Shown here: piece after piece, positions 1-7,584 of the stretch
Numbering within the stretch: position 1 is the stretch's first letter
Layout of the letters: every line of letters starts with the position of its first letter
IMG/VR virus record: IMGVR_UViG_2778261380_000011
Coordinates: 1 to 19,475 of that record
Length of the DNA: 19,475 nt
Origin: a virus
Lineage: Duplodnaviria; Heunggongvirae; Uroviricota; Caudoviricetes
Reading direction: 5' to 3' (one strand)
Program-made: the position numbers and the translations under genes
The notes under the pieces: generated by a model
Database searches by the model: none
What the model saw: only the letters and a program-made list of their open reading frames with translations
Told to the model about the DNA's origin: nothing

Positions 1-249
1 TCAAACATCGTTAAACTGACTTACGGATATGTCTTCTTTGAGCAGCTTTTCCAGAAATGCGTTTGGAATGAACGTATATCCCTCCTCTTTTGGTAGAGAC
101 GGGAGCAACGCCCTCGCCTCAGCCTTCAGAAGCTCAGTTCTGGCAACTTTCACAAAAGAGATTTGAGTTCTTTCATCAATGGAACGAAGGAAGCGCAAAC
201 GCTTAGCTTCTTTGTGTGTATCAGGTGGATTAAAGCCTTTGTTTCGCAT
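1..249 (-). CDS. hypothetical small protein (82 aa) immediately downstream of cII
   Basis: ATG at 249-247 with GAGGT Shine-Dalgarno (rc of 256-260); stop codon is rc of window positions 1-3; the longer 185-aa version in the ORF track overlaps cII and is rejected. Confidence 0.5.
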   Translation of the reverse strand: MRNKGFNPPDTHKEAKRLRFLRSIDERTQISFVKVARTELLKAEARALLPSLPKEEGYTFIPNAFLEKLLKEDISVSQFNDV

Positions 250-326
250 ATAATTACCTCGTTGGATGTTATTAAAATTCCATTTGTATTTGTTCAGAAC
301 GCTCGGTTGCCGCCGGGCGTTTTTTA
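250..326 (+). ncRNA. oop-like antisense RNA overlapping 3' end of cII (5' boundary approximate)
   Basis: Intrinsic terminator on + strand (stem 300-306 / 313-319, loop ttgccg, T-run 320-326) antisense to cII; 3' portion resembles lambda oop RNA as I remember it. Confidence 0.4.
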
Positions 327-565
327 TTGGTGAGAATCGAAGCAACTTGTCGTGCCAATCGGGCCATATCGTCGTCAACGACGCCCCATTCAAGAACAGC
401 AAGCAGCATTGAGAACTTTGGAATCCAGTCCCTCTTCCACCTGCTGATCTGCGACTTATCAACTCCCACAGCTTCCGCTGTCTTCTCAGTTCCAAGCATT
501 GCGATTTTGTTAAGCAACGCACTCTCGATTCGTAGAGCCTCGTTGCGTTTGTTTGCACGAACCAT
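272..565 (-). CDS. cII: transcriptional activator CII (lambda-type)
   Basis: Translation from MVRANKRNEALRIESALLNKIAMLGTEKTAEAVGVDKSQISRWKRDWIPKFSMLLAVLEW... matches lambda CII from memory; ATG at 565-563 preceded by AAGGAA; ORF-track 117-aa version is an upstream extension. Confidence 0.92.
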   Translation of the reverse strand: MVRANKRNEALRIESALLNKIAMLGTEKTAEAVGVDKSQISRWKRDWIPKFSMLLAVLEWGVVDDDMARLARQVASILTNKKRPAATERSEQIQMEF

Positions 566-575
566 ATGTAAGTAT
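543..575 (+). promoter_or_regulatory. pRE-like CII-dependent promoter (TTGC-N6-TTGC at 543-556, -10 AAGTAT at 570-575)
   Basis: Exact TTGCgtttgtTTGC CII-binding repeat inside the cII 5' coding region, directed toward cI, as in lambda pRE. Confidence 0.6.
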
Positions 576-644
576 TTCCTTAGATAACAATTGATTGAAT
601 GTATGCAAATAAATGCATACACCATAGGTGTGGTTTAATTTGAT

Positions 645-675
645 GCCCTTTTTCAGGGCTGGGATGTGTAAGAGC
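645..675 (-). promoter_or_regulatory. nutR N-utilisation site (boxB 645-659, boxA 668-675) between cro and cII
   Basis: Minus-strand reading agctcttacacatcccagccctgaaaaagggc closely matches lambda nutR boxA/boxB; palindromic hairpin 601-620 (gtatgca-aataaa-tgcatac) lies at the tR1 position. Confidence 0.7.
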
Positions 676-684
676 TGGAATGTC

Positions 685-900
685 TTAAGCGGCTTTGTGT
701 TCCGGCGGGAACACGTCATCAAGACTGACTTTTGCGCCTAACTTGTTTAGGCACTCAACAAGAGCACGGCATGTTTTAAGGTCTGGGAAGCGACGACCAG
801 ATTCCCAATGTCCGATAGCTCCCTGTGTGCATCCAACTGCCTTAGCAAGTGTTGTTTGAGAGATATTCAGTGACTCTCGATATTTTCGTAGGTTGCTCAT
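685..900 (-). CDS. cro: Cro-like HTH repressor (non-lambda specificity)
   Basis: 71-aa product MSNLRKYRESLNISQTTLAKAVGCTQGAIGHWESGRRFPD... with helix-turn-helix similar to the CI N-terminus; ATG at 900-898 preceded by GGAGG; divergent from cI. Confidence 0.8.
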   Translation of the reverse strand: MSNLRKYRESLNISQTTLAKAVGCTQGAIGHWESGRRFPDLKTCRALVECLNKLGAKVSLDDVFPPEHKAA

Positions 901-926
901 ATGCCCTCCATAGTAACCATGAAACA

Positions 927-955
927 ATAATACGATATGTACTTTTAGAATGCAA
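927..955 (-). promoter_or_regulatory. pR-like promoter (-35 TTGCAT rc of 950-955, 17-nt spacer, -10 TATTAT rc of 927-932) overlapping operator site
   Basis: Near-consensus sigma70 hexamers read on minus strand 25-50 nt upstream of cro ATG; spacer contains operator-like AGTACATATCGTATT. Confidence 0.65.
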
Positions 956-1002
956 ACAAAAAATACATCTTGTGCATGGATGGTTTTAGTACAGAGCGTA
1001 AT
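929..1002. promoter_or_regulatory. oR operator region with at least two 15-bp sites (929-943 and 988-1002), consensus AGTACA-N3-CGTA-YT
   Basis: Same 15-bp pattern recurs at oL (1809-1823); sites overlap pR and the region just upstream of the cI start. Confidence 0.55.
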
Positions 1003-1011
1003 AATAAGGGT

Positions 1012-1671
1012 ATGAAAATGAAATGGTATGAACTGGCTAGATCCAGAATGAAAGAGCTCGGCATAACTCAAGAGAAGTTAGCTGAAGAGCTTGGTATGAC
1101 GCAGGGTGGAATTGGTCACTGGTTGCGCGGATCTCGTCATCCATCTCTTGACGAGATTGGTGTGGTGTTTAAATACCTTGGTATTGATAACGTCTCATTC
1201 AACCACGACGGTACATTTTCACCTGTTGGCGAATACTCATCTGCCCCCGTTAAAAAACAATATGAGTACCCTGTTTTTTCTCATGTTCAGGCCGGGATGT
1301 TCTCGCCTGAGCTTAGAACCTTTACCAAAGGTGATGCGGAGAGATGGGTCAGCACAACCAAAAAAGCCAGTGATTGTGCGTTTTGGCTTGAAGTTGAAGG
1401 TAATTCCATGACCGCGCCAACAGGATCCAAGCCAAGCTTTCCTGACGGGATGTTAATTCTCGTTGACCCTGAGCAGGCTGTTGAGCCAGGTGATTTCTGC
1501 ATAGCCAGACTTGGTGGTGACGAGTTTACCTTCAAGAAACTGATCAGGGATAGCGGTCAGGTGTTCCTACAGCCACTAAACCCGCAATATCCAATGATTC
1601 CATGCAATGATAGCTGTTCCGTAGTAGGGAAAGTTATCGCCAGCCAGTGGCCTGAAGAGACATTTAGTTAA
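1012..1671 (+). CDS. cI: CI-type repressor: heterologous N-terminal HTH domain fused to lambda-like LexA/S24 autocleavage C-terminal domain
   Basis: C-terminal two-thirds ([19 protein letters not shown]...[53 protein letters not shown]...) matches lambda CI from memory incl. Ser (GNSM) and Lys (FKKL); N-terminus [37 protein letters not shown] is not lambda; ATG at 1012 (ORF track starts upstream at TTG 970). Confidence 0.9.
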   Translation: MKMKWYELARSRMKELGITQEKLAEELGMTQGGIGHWLRGSRHPSLDEIGVVFKYLGIDNVSFNHDGTFSPVGEYSSAPVKKQYEYPVFSHVQAGMFSPELRTFTKGDAERWVSTTKKASDCAFWLEVEGNSMTAPTGSKPSFPDGMLILVDPEQAVEPGDFCIARLGGDEFTFKKLIRDSGQVFLQPLNPQYPMIPCNDSCSVVGKVIASQWPEETFS

Positions 1672-1703
1672 CAGCCTCACCACTCTAAAACACACAACAA
1701 TAA

Positions 1704-1733
1704 CCCGACCTTAGCGTCGGGTTTTCTTTTTCC
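1704..1733 (+). terminator. intrinsic terminator after cI
   Basis: Stem cccgac (1704-1709) / gtcggg (1716-1721) followed by ttttcttttt. Confidence 0.7.
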
Positions 1734-1796
1734 AAAATATAAACCCATTAAATACAAAGCGTTATAAAAAACTAATTATATTTAGAACATTTTGTA

Positions 1797-1825
1797 TTGA
1801 CTTGATAAAGTACAAATCGTACTAT
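1797..1825 (+). promoter_or_regulatory. pL-like promoter (-35 TTGACT 1797-1802, 17-nt spacer, -10 TACTAT 1820-1825) with oL operator 1809-1823
   Basis: Near-consensus hexamers; downstream leader catcagcaggacgcact... matches lambda pL transcript start region from memory; operator AGTACAAATCGTACT in spacer. Confidence 0.65.
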
Positions 1826-1865
1826 TTAGCCATCAGCAGGACGCACTAACCACCATGAAGGTGGG

Positions 1866-1895
1866 GCTCTTAAAAATTAAGCCCTGAAGAAGGGC
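1866..1895 (+). promoter_or_regulatory. nutL (boxA gctctta 1866-1872, boxB gccctgaagaagggc 1881-1895)
   Basis: boxB hairpin sequence identical to lambda nutL boxB as remembered; located in N leader. Confidence 0.75.
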
Positions 1896-2052
1896 AGCAT
1901 TCAAAGCAGAAGGCTTTGGTGTGTGTGATACGAAACGAAGCATTGGCCGGAAGTGCGAATCCGGATTAGCTGCCAATGTGCCATTGCGAGGTGTTTTCGT
2001 TCAGGACTACGACTCCCACACACAACCAAAGCTAACTGACAGGAGAATCCAG

Positions 2053-2379
2053 ATGGATGCACAAACACGCCGCCGCGAACGTCGCGCAGAGAAACAGGCT
2101 CAATGGAAAGCAGCAAATCCCCTGTTGGTTGGGGTAAGCGCAAAACCAGTTAACCGCCCTATTCTCTCGCTGAATCGCAAACCGAAATCACGAGTAGAAA
2201 GCGCACTGAATCCGATAGACCTTACGGTGCTGGCTGAATACCACGAACAGATTGAAAGCAACCTGCAGCGTATTGAGCGCAAGAATCAGCGCACATGGTA
2301 CAGCAAGCCACGCAGTGAAATGGGTGTGACTTGTGTTGGTCGCCAGAAAATGAAATTAGGCAGCAAACCACTTATTTGA
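2053..2379 (+). CDS. N: antitermination protein N (lambda-type)
   Basis: MDAQTRRRERRAEKQAQWKAANPLLVGVSAKPVNRPILSLNRKPKSRVESALNPIDLTVLAEY... matches lambda N (arginine-rich motif) from memory; AGGAG at 2041-2045; ORF-track start 1921 is an upstream extension. Confidence 0.92.
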   Translation: MDAQTRRRERRAEKQAQWKAANPLLVGVSAKPVNRPILSLNRKPKSRVESALNPIDLTVLAEYHEQIESNLQRIERKNQRTWYSKPRSEMGVTCVGRQKMKLGSKPLI

Positions 2380-2387
2380 GGTGAGAT

Positions 2388-2711
2388 ATGGAAGCATTAG
2401 TAGTAGAGCGAAGCGAGGATGGCTACTGGACGCACCCAGAATACGCCAACCTGTTTGGGGATAGAGAGGTAATTTCAGCTGATGAGTTCAGATCTTTCTG
2501 CAAGCAGCATGGCATTGAATCATCAATTGTTGAAATGGAAAACGACAACAATCAAACGGTAATTGACGCGTATTTTGAAGATGGGAATCAAAACATCAGT
2601 GGATGGGAGCCAAGCATGCCAGATGGAGAAGGATGGTTTGTCGGTTCGATTCACGATACAGAAGACGGTCCGATCTGCGTTTGGTTCAGGAATGTAGATA
2701 AGGCCGAATAG
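2388..2711 (+). CDS. hypothetical acidic protein (107 aa) in the ral/sieB position
   Basis: ORF with GAGGTG SD upstream of ATG 2388; no family recognised. Confidence 0.65.
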   Translation: MEALVVERSEDGYWTHPEYANLFGDREVISADEFRSFCKQHGIESSIVEMENDNNQTVIDAYFEDGNQNISGWEPSMPDGEGWFVGSIHDTEDGPICVWFRNVDKAE

Positions 2712-2727
2712 TCGGCCTTTATTTTTG
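2701..2727 (+). terminator. intrinsic terminator (stop codon inside loop)
   Basis: aggccga (2701-2707) / tcggcct (2712-2718) stem followed by ttatttttgg. Confidence 0.6.
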
Positions 2728-2748
2728 GCATAAACAACAGAGGCTAAC

Positions 2749-3045
2749 ATGGAATTTAAAGGTACTGAAGGTAAGTGGGAAATAATGATGGATGGCGATG
2801 AGATTAAAATCATCCAGGCAGACTCTCTTGAAAATGGCACAGGCTGGCGTTCGTATATTGCAATCTGTGAGGAAGTTCAATGCATTGAAGATGCCAATCT
2901 AATAGTGGCTGCACCTGACCTTCTCGAAGCGCTTCAGTTATTACTTAAGCAAACCAAAAATAGAACAACGACAACATATCCAGAATGGTATGGAGCTGTT
3001 AATAAAGGTCTCGCAGCAATAAGAAAAGCTCTTGGGGATAAGTAA
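2749..3045 (+). CDS. hypothetical protein (98 aa)
   Basis: ORF with AGAGG SD; no family recognised. Confidence 0.65.
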   Translation: MEFKGTEGKWEIMMDGDEIKIIQADSLENGTGWRSYIAICEEVQCIEDANLIVAAPDLLEALQLLLKQTKNRTTTTYPEWYGAVNKGLAAIRKALGDK

Positions 3046-3233
3046 TGAAAGTAAAAATAACCGCTTCTAATACCAGTTTTGTTAGTGTTGGTGATATTAC
3101 AGAAGTAATAACAAACCATGATGGAACACAAGTTATGTGGTCTGATTTTTGTAAAAGATATGAGCGAGTCACTTGGTGTAAACTCGTATGGGGCGTCGAA
3201 TACGAAGAATTACCTGAAATGCATGACGAATAA
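3045..3233 (+). CDS. hypothetical protein (62 aa), start overlaps preceding stop (TAATG)
   Basis: Translational coupling geometry; no family recognised. Confidence 0.55.
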   Translation: MKVKITASNTSFVSVGDITEVITNHDGTQVMWSDFCKRYERVTWCKLVWGVEYEELPEMHDE

Positions 3234-3328
3234 GCACTGTGTATTCATTCCAACGAGTGAATACACGGAGCAATGTCGCTCGTAACTAAACAGGAGCCGA
3301 CTTGTTCTGATTATTGGAAATCTTCTTT

Positions 3329-3353
3329 GCCCTCCAGTGTGAGGGCCTTTTTA
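3329..3353 (+). terminator. intrinsic terminator upstream of cIII (read through under N antitermination)
   Basis: gccctc (3329-3334) / gagggc (3341-3346) stem followed by cttttta; a second hairpin at about 3240-3267. Confidence 0.6.
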
Positions 3354-3418
3354 TATGCATACCAATAACGCTTCACTTGAGGCGTTTTCGTTATGCAATC
3401 AAACAGAAGGAGCATCCT

Positions 3419-3589
3419 ATGCAACAGTTCGCTATTGCAGGGGCGGCATCGGTTCGCCCTTTCAACCCGATTTTATCGGTACAGCATTCACGAAAAAATA
3501 TTTTAACCGGAGCAGACTTTAAACAACCAAGAATGAAAAGCTTGCTCGAAAAGCTTTGGGATATTTTGAAACAACAAGGCCGTCCATGA
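3419..3589 (+). CDS. cIII: CIII-like protein (56 aa)
   Basis: MQQFAIAG...LLEKLWDILKQQGRP resembles lambda CIII (MQYAIAG...LIDILNQPG) from memory; AGGAG 8 nt upstream of ATG 3419; ORF-track start 3314 is an extension. Confidence 0.7.
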   Translation: MQQFAIAGAASVRPFNPILSVQHSRKNILTGADFKQPRMKSLLEKLWDILKQQGRP

Positions 3590-3693
3590 GTTTTACAGAT
3601 AACTGGTCAGACGAAGAATTCATTCGTCTGATGAACAAAATGCTCAATCAGCACAAAGAACAGGAGAAAGATGATGATTCTGACTCTGAATGA
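3586..3693 (+). CDS. possible small acidic protein (35 aa) in the kil position
   Basis: ATG overlaps cIII stop (ATGA at 3586-3589); not in ORF track (short); overlaps start of next gene in another frame. Confidence 0.3.
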   Translation: MSFTDNWSDEEFIRLMNKMLNQHKEQEKDDDSDSE

Positions 3694-3982
3694 TAAGCGT
3701 GAAATATCGCAAATAATCGCAAGTTTTACTGATGAAGATTACGAACGAATCAACAGTGAAGTTAATCGCCTCTGCAAACGTTGCGACCCAATAAGCGAAA
3801 TGCTTCGCTCATATAAACCAGATGAACACACTAAGGACGCTATCGACTGGCTGGAAGATTATGACTGTAACTATCAGGAAAAAGCCGCTGAATGGTTCTG
3901 GGATGCAATAACCGAAAGAGTTAAGGCTGAATATGCCTTCGCAATATTCAAACGCAGACATATTTATGGAGAAGCTGCATGA
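3671..3982 (+). CDS. hypothetical protein (103 aa)
   Basis: ORF with GGAG upstream; stop overlaps recT start (ATGA). Confidence 0.65.
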   Translation: MMILTLNDKREISQIIASFTDEDYERINSEVNRLCKRCDPISEMLRSYKPDEHTKDAIDWLEDYDCNYQEKAAEWFWDAITERVKAEYAFAIFKRRHIYGEAA

Positions 3983-4881
3983 GCAATATCGTTGAATTCG
4001 TTAAACAGCAAGAGCAGTTATTCTGCGGAGCATTGACTGAACAGACGGTGACATGGGCTAAGGAAAGCCAGTTTGCAATTCAGTATTTCCAGAAAAATGA
4101 TTACCTGGCTAAAACGGCACTGGCAAATCCAACCAGCGCACAGAACGCCATCATCAATGTTGCGGCGATCGGCATCACCTTAAACCCGGCCAGCAAACTT
4201 GCTTATCTAGTTCCGCGCGACGGCATGGTTTGCCTTGATATCAGCTATATGGGATTACTTCACCTTGCACAGTCGACAGGATCAATTAAGTGGGGGCAAT
4301 GCAAACTGGTGTACTCAAACGACACCTATGAATCAAACGGCCTTGATTCAGCACCAACCCACAAATACAACGCATTTGGTGAGCGAGGCTCTATTGTTGG
4401 TGGTTATTGTACGGTTAAAACAGCAGATGGTGACTACCTCACTGAAGAAATGAGTCTGGCAGAAATTAAAGCAGTGGAAGCAACGAGCAAGGCAAAGAAT
4501 GGACCGTGGAAAACATTCTGGGAAGAGATGGCACGTAAAACAATAGTTAAACGCGCCAGCAAATACTGGCCTAAAGCCCAGCGACTGGATAATGCCATTC
4601 ACCTGCTTAACGAAGATGAAGGTATGCATCAGGAACCAGTTATGCCGCACAAATCAGAGGAAGATATCCGCGAAGATGAACGGAAACGCCAGCAGGAAAT
4701 AATGGAAAAAGCACAACTTCTTTGTGATGAAATGGCTCAGGCAGAAAACATGGATGATTTGAAGCGATATTTTGCAGAAGCATATCGCCTGACATCTGGA
4801 ATGAAATTGCAGCAGAACGTACAAGCCATTTACATAGAATGCAAAGCGAAACTGGAGGTTGCCAGTGAGCAAACTATATGA
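3979..4881 (+). CDS. recT: RecT-family single-strand annealing recombinase
   Basis: Motif NGPWKTFWEEMARKTIVKRASKYWP resembles RecT NGPWVTHWEEMAKKTAIRRLFKYLP (from memory); 300 aa; coupled to flanking genes. Confidence 0.88.
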   Translation: MSNIVEFVKQQEQLFCGALTEQTVTWAKESQFAIQYFQKNDYLAKTALANPTSAQNAIINVAAIGITLNPASKLAYLVPRDGMVCLDISYMGLLHLAQSTGSIKWGQCKLVYSNDTYESNGLDSAPTHKYNAFGERGSIVGGYCTVKTADGDYLTEEMSLAEIKAVEATSKAKNGPWKTFWEEMARKTIVKRASKYWPKAQRLDNAIHLLNEDEGMHQEPVMPHKSEEDIREDERKRQQEIMEKAQLLCDEMAQAENMDDLKRYFAEAYRLTSGMKLQQNVQAIYIECKAKLEVASEQTI

Positions 4882-5347
4882 AATAGCCAATGAATACGCA
4901 AAATTGATGGATTCAGATTTAGAGCCAGAGATGATTGCTGACACAATAGAAGGCATGGAAGGAGAATTTACCGATAAAATAGAGCAACTTCTTGCCATTA
5001 TTAAAAATGAATCTGGTTATGCTGAACGCCTCAAGGACGAGGCAAAATCACTGAATGAACGAGCCGCAGTAATTCAAAATAAGATTGACAGCATTATGGC
5101 GTATATAGCGTCATCGCTTGAAATGGTTGGCAAGAAAAAGATTCGAGCGGGTATTCACCAGGTAACAATCCGCAAACCGTCAGAAACTGTAGAAATCATC
5201 GACTCAAGCGCCCTTCCTCCTGAATACGTTGAGTTTGAAACGACAATTAAAGCCGACAAACTGGCAATCAAACACCAACTAAAAGCAGGAATAAATATCC
5301 CCGGCGCTCAACTCAAAGTTGGGAAACCTTCACTTCTTATCAAATAA
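4865..5347 (+). CDS. hypothetical coiled-coil protein (about 160 aa) in RecT-partner position, possibly Siphovirus Gp157-like
   Basis: GTG 4865 preceded by GGAGG (4854-4858), overlaps recT stop; family assignment is tentative. Confidence 0.55.
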   Translation: MSKLYEIANEYAKLMDSDLEPEMIADTIEGMEGEFTDKIEQLLAIIKNESGYAERLKDEAKSLNERAAVIQNKIDSIMAYIASSLEMVGKKKIRAGIHQVTIRKPSETVEIIDSSALPPEYVEFETTIKADKLAIKHQLKAGINIPGAQLKVGKPSLLIK

Positions 5348-5358
5348 CGGTATCGCCT

Positions 5359-5673
5359 ATGAAAAAGACTCCATGGGAGAAATGGGAAGTCGATTTCTTA
5401 CGCGAAGTAGCGGCGACAATGCCAGTTGAAGTTATCGCAGAAAAACTGGAAAGGACTGAAAAAGCAGTAATGGCGAAAGCAACAAGGATTGGCGCTGACA
5501 TTGTTAGCCGACTTCGTGGAAGACGCTGGACAAGAGCCGAAGTATCACTTTTCGGTAAGTTCTCCGCAGAAGAAATAGCAATTGCAACCTGCCGCTCAAT
5601 TTATTCAGTAAGAGCTATGCGATACAAGCTAAAAAAACTCGATGAAGAAAGAGCAGGCATACGAATAAATTAA
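5359..5673 (+). CDS. hypothetical protein (104 aa)
   Basis: ORF in operon context; weak SD. Confidence 0.55.
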   Translation: MKKTPWEKWEVDFLREVAATMPVEVIAEKLERTEKAVMAKATRIGADIVSRLRGRRWTRAEVSLFGKFSAEEIAIATCRSIYSVRAMRYKLKKLDEERAGIRIN

Positions 5674-5689
5674 CAAAGAGGAATTTACC

Positions 5690-5854
5690 ATGAGAGGACT
5701 TGCATACAATCCCGGCATTCTTCCGGCAGAAATGATTATTCGCCAACGCGTAAAGCCAATGCCATCGAGAGAGGAATTGCTTAAGAGAAATTCTTTTCCA
5801 TCAGTGAATCAAAACAAATATCTGAATGCGATGTGGAGGAGTGGGAAGAAATGA
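5690..5854 (+). CDS. hypothetical small protein (54 aa)
   Basis: ATG 5690 preceded by AAGAGGA; stop overlaps next start (ATGA at 5851-5854); not in ORF track. Confidence 0.45.
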   Translation: MRGLAYNPGILPAEMIIRQRVKPMPSREELLKRNSFPSVNQNKYLNAMWRSGKK

Positions 5855-6360
5855 AACAAATGTCACTAATTGAGATGGATGGATTTCTGAAAGGTAAATG
5901 CATCCCACGAGATTTAAAGGTTAACGAAACAAACGCTGAATATCTTGTCCGTAAGTTCGGTGAACTTGAATCAAAACTGGAAACGGCGTTGCGGGAGTGT
6001 CGTTCTGCTGGAATCACGATTGATAACCTTGAGGCCAAGTGCGCGGCGCTGGCAGCGGAGAGTGTGGGGATGAAGAAGTTCTGCAAAGACGCTGCATTCG
6101 ATGCCGATTACGAAGCAGAGCTAGGTATGGAGCGTGGTGGATTCAGTGATGCGCTTAACGAAATCAAAACCCCAGCCACCGATGCTTTCCTGTCTGAAGT
6201 GCGGGCGCAGGGCGTGGAGATGCTGGCAAAAAATCATCAGAGTATCGTCAATGCACTTAAGGGAGATTCTTTATTTTCTGATGGTGAATACCTGCATGCA
6301 GCTATTGTTTCCGCAGCTGTATATTTCGCTGCAGAGCTTCGCAAAGGAGGCAACCAGTGA
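5851..6360 (+). CDS. hypothetical protein (169 aa)
   Basis: ATG 5851 with GGAGG upstream; ORF-track start 5833 is a GTG extension. Confidence 0.65.
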   Translation: MKQMSLIEMDGFLKGKCIPRDLKVNETNAEYLVRKFGELESKLETALRECRSAGITIDNLEAKCAALAAESVGMKKFCKDAAFDADYEAELGMERGGFSDALNEIKTPATDAFLSEVRAQGVEMLAKNHQSIVNALKGDSLFSDGEYLHAAIVSAAVYFAAELRKGGNQ

Positions 6361-6611
6361 GTAATTCAGCACGACTACAGCTTGGTTTTTCACCGCTATC
6401 AAAAACTATCATGCTGGCAAAAATGCGCTATGTTGAAGGTGGACGTATGCGCGTTGGCAATGATCCAGGTCGTGATGTTACCAATGAGGCTGCTCAATTG
6501 GTGTGGCGACTGGTCATGGCTGAAGGTGGTGAGATCGCGTGGGAGCTGGATGATGGTTCTCGCATGGTGTTGAAGGCAGAAAAGCAGGAGGCAACCAGTG
6601 AGCAAGATTGA
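6357..6611 (+). CDS. hypothetical protein (84 aa) bounded by identical 17-mers
   Basis: GTG 6357 overlapping preceding stop, preceded by AGGAGG; ends within second copy of aggaggcaaccagtgag. Confidence 0.45.
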   Translation: MSNSARLQLGFSPLSKTIMLAKMRYVEGGRMRVGNDPGRDVTNEAAQLVWRLVMAEGGEIAWELDDGSRMVLKAEKQEATSEQD

Positions 6612-7584
6612 TTATCAGGCACTGCGTGCTAAGGCAGAAAAAGCAACGTGTGGCGAGTGGTCGCTCGAATATGGAGAGAGCCGATTTGATGGTGATGATG
6701 CGCTAATTCATCGTGAAGTTGCTGGATATATTCCCATTTGCAGAATTGAAGGAGCGCATCCAGAAAGCGGTTTCGATGAAGATTTCCAAATGGAACAGCA
6801 GGCCAATGCTGAATTCATCGCCGCAGCCAATCCGGCTACCGTACTGGCGCTGCTGGATGAACGGGAAAGAAACCAGCAATACATCAAACGCCGTGACCAG
6901 GAGAACGAGGAAATTGCGCTTACGGTAGGGAAGCTGCTAATCGAAAACGGCCGGCTTGTTGCCGATACGCTACGCCACTTAGCTGATAACGAAATCGACT
7001 CTGATTATTTTGCTATCACCTCAACTAATGAGAACGGTACTGAAATTGATCATGAGATGTCTATTACCGATTACGCACTGCAAGCTGCCGGAACTGTAGA
7101 CGAATTGGTTGCGGCGCTGGAAGCCGCAAAATCAAAACTCAACGAGCAGCGTGAATATTACGAGGGAGTAATCGCGGATGGGAGTAAGCGTATTGCTGAA
7201 CTGGAGAAAAGCGAAGAGCAACTCATCAATGAGCGTGACCATGCTGAGTCTGCTTTAGCTGATATGTACTTTGCAGCAACCGGTAACAGGCCGGAGTGGA
7301 GCAACTGGTTCGGCTTTTCAGATGCTGTCGATGCCGTGGTTGACAGAATAGCTGATTTAGAAGCCAAACAGCCATCGCCGGTAGTGCCGGATAATGCATC
7401 AGAGTCGCTTGCTTATGCTTACAAAGAGCTTACGCCTGAGATTATGCGCGGTCATATCGCTGTATTCGAGCGATATGGAATAGCCCCAAACGATAGCATT
7501 ACCACAATTCAGGCACTGCGAATCGCGCTGGATGGTATAGAGCGGAGCGACGCCATGCTTCAGGGAGGTAATAATGACCAATAA
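6598..7584 (+). CDS. Ead/Ea22-like family protein
   Basis: GTG 6598 after AGGAGG; N-terminus MSKIDYQALRAKAEKATCGEW resembles Ea22-like prophage proteins (from memory). Confidence 0.7.
   Translation: MSKIDYQALRAKAEKATCGEWSLEYGESRFDGDDALIHREVAGYIPICRIEGAHPESGFDEDFQMEQQANAEFIAAANPATVLALLDERERNQQYIKRRDQENEEIALTVGKLLIENGRLVADTLRHLADNEIDSDYFAITSTNENGTEIDHEMSITDYALQAAGTVDELVAALEAAKSKLNEQREYYEGVIADGSKRIAELEKSEEQLINERDHAESALADMYFAATGNRPEWSNWFGFSDAVDAVVDRIADLEAKQPSPVVPDNASESLAYAYKELTPEIMRGHIAVFERYGIAPNDSITTIQALRIALDGIERSDAMLQGGNNDQ

Noticed and set aside
1-558. 185-aa minus-strand ORF from the track overlapping most of cII
   Set aside because: Out-of-frame overlap with the well-supported cII gene; a strong SD+ATG at 249 defines an 82-aa gene instead
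327-587. 86-aa plus-strand ORF antisense to cII
   Set aside because: Lies entirely antisense within cII; this region is better explained by the oop-like RNA and pRE
1106-1535. ORFs 1106..1411 (+) and 1287..1535 (-) inside cI
   Set aside because: Embedded in the confidently assigned cI coding sequence; no independent signals
4235-4998. ORFs 4235..4453 (+), 4348..4650 (-), 4654..4998 (-) within recT and its neighbour
   Set aside because: Alternative-frame or antisense ORFs inside RecT and the downstream gene; no SD support
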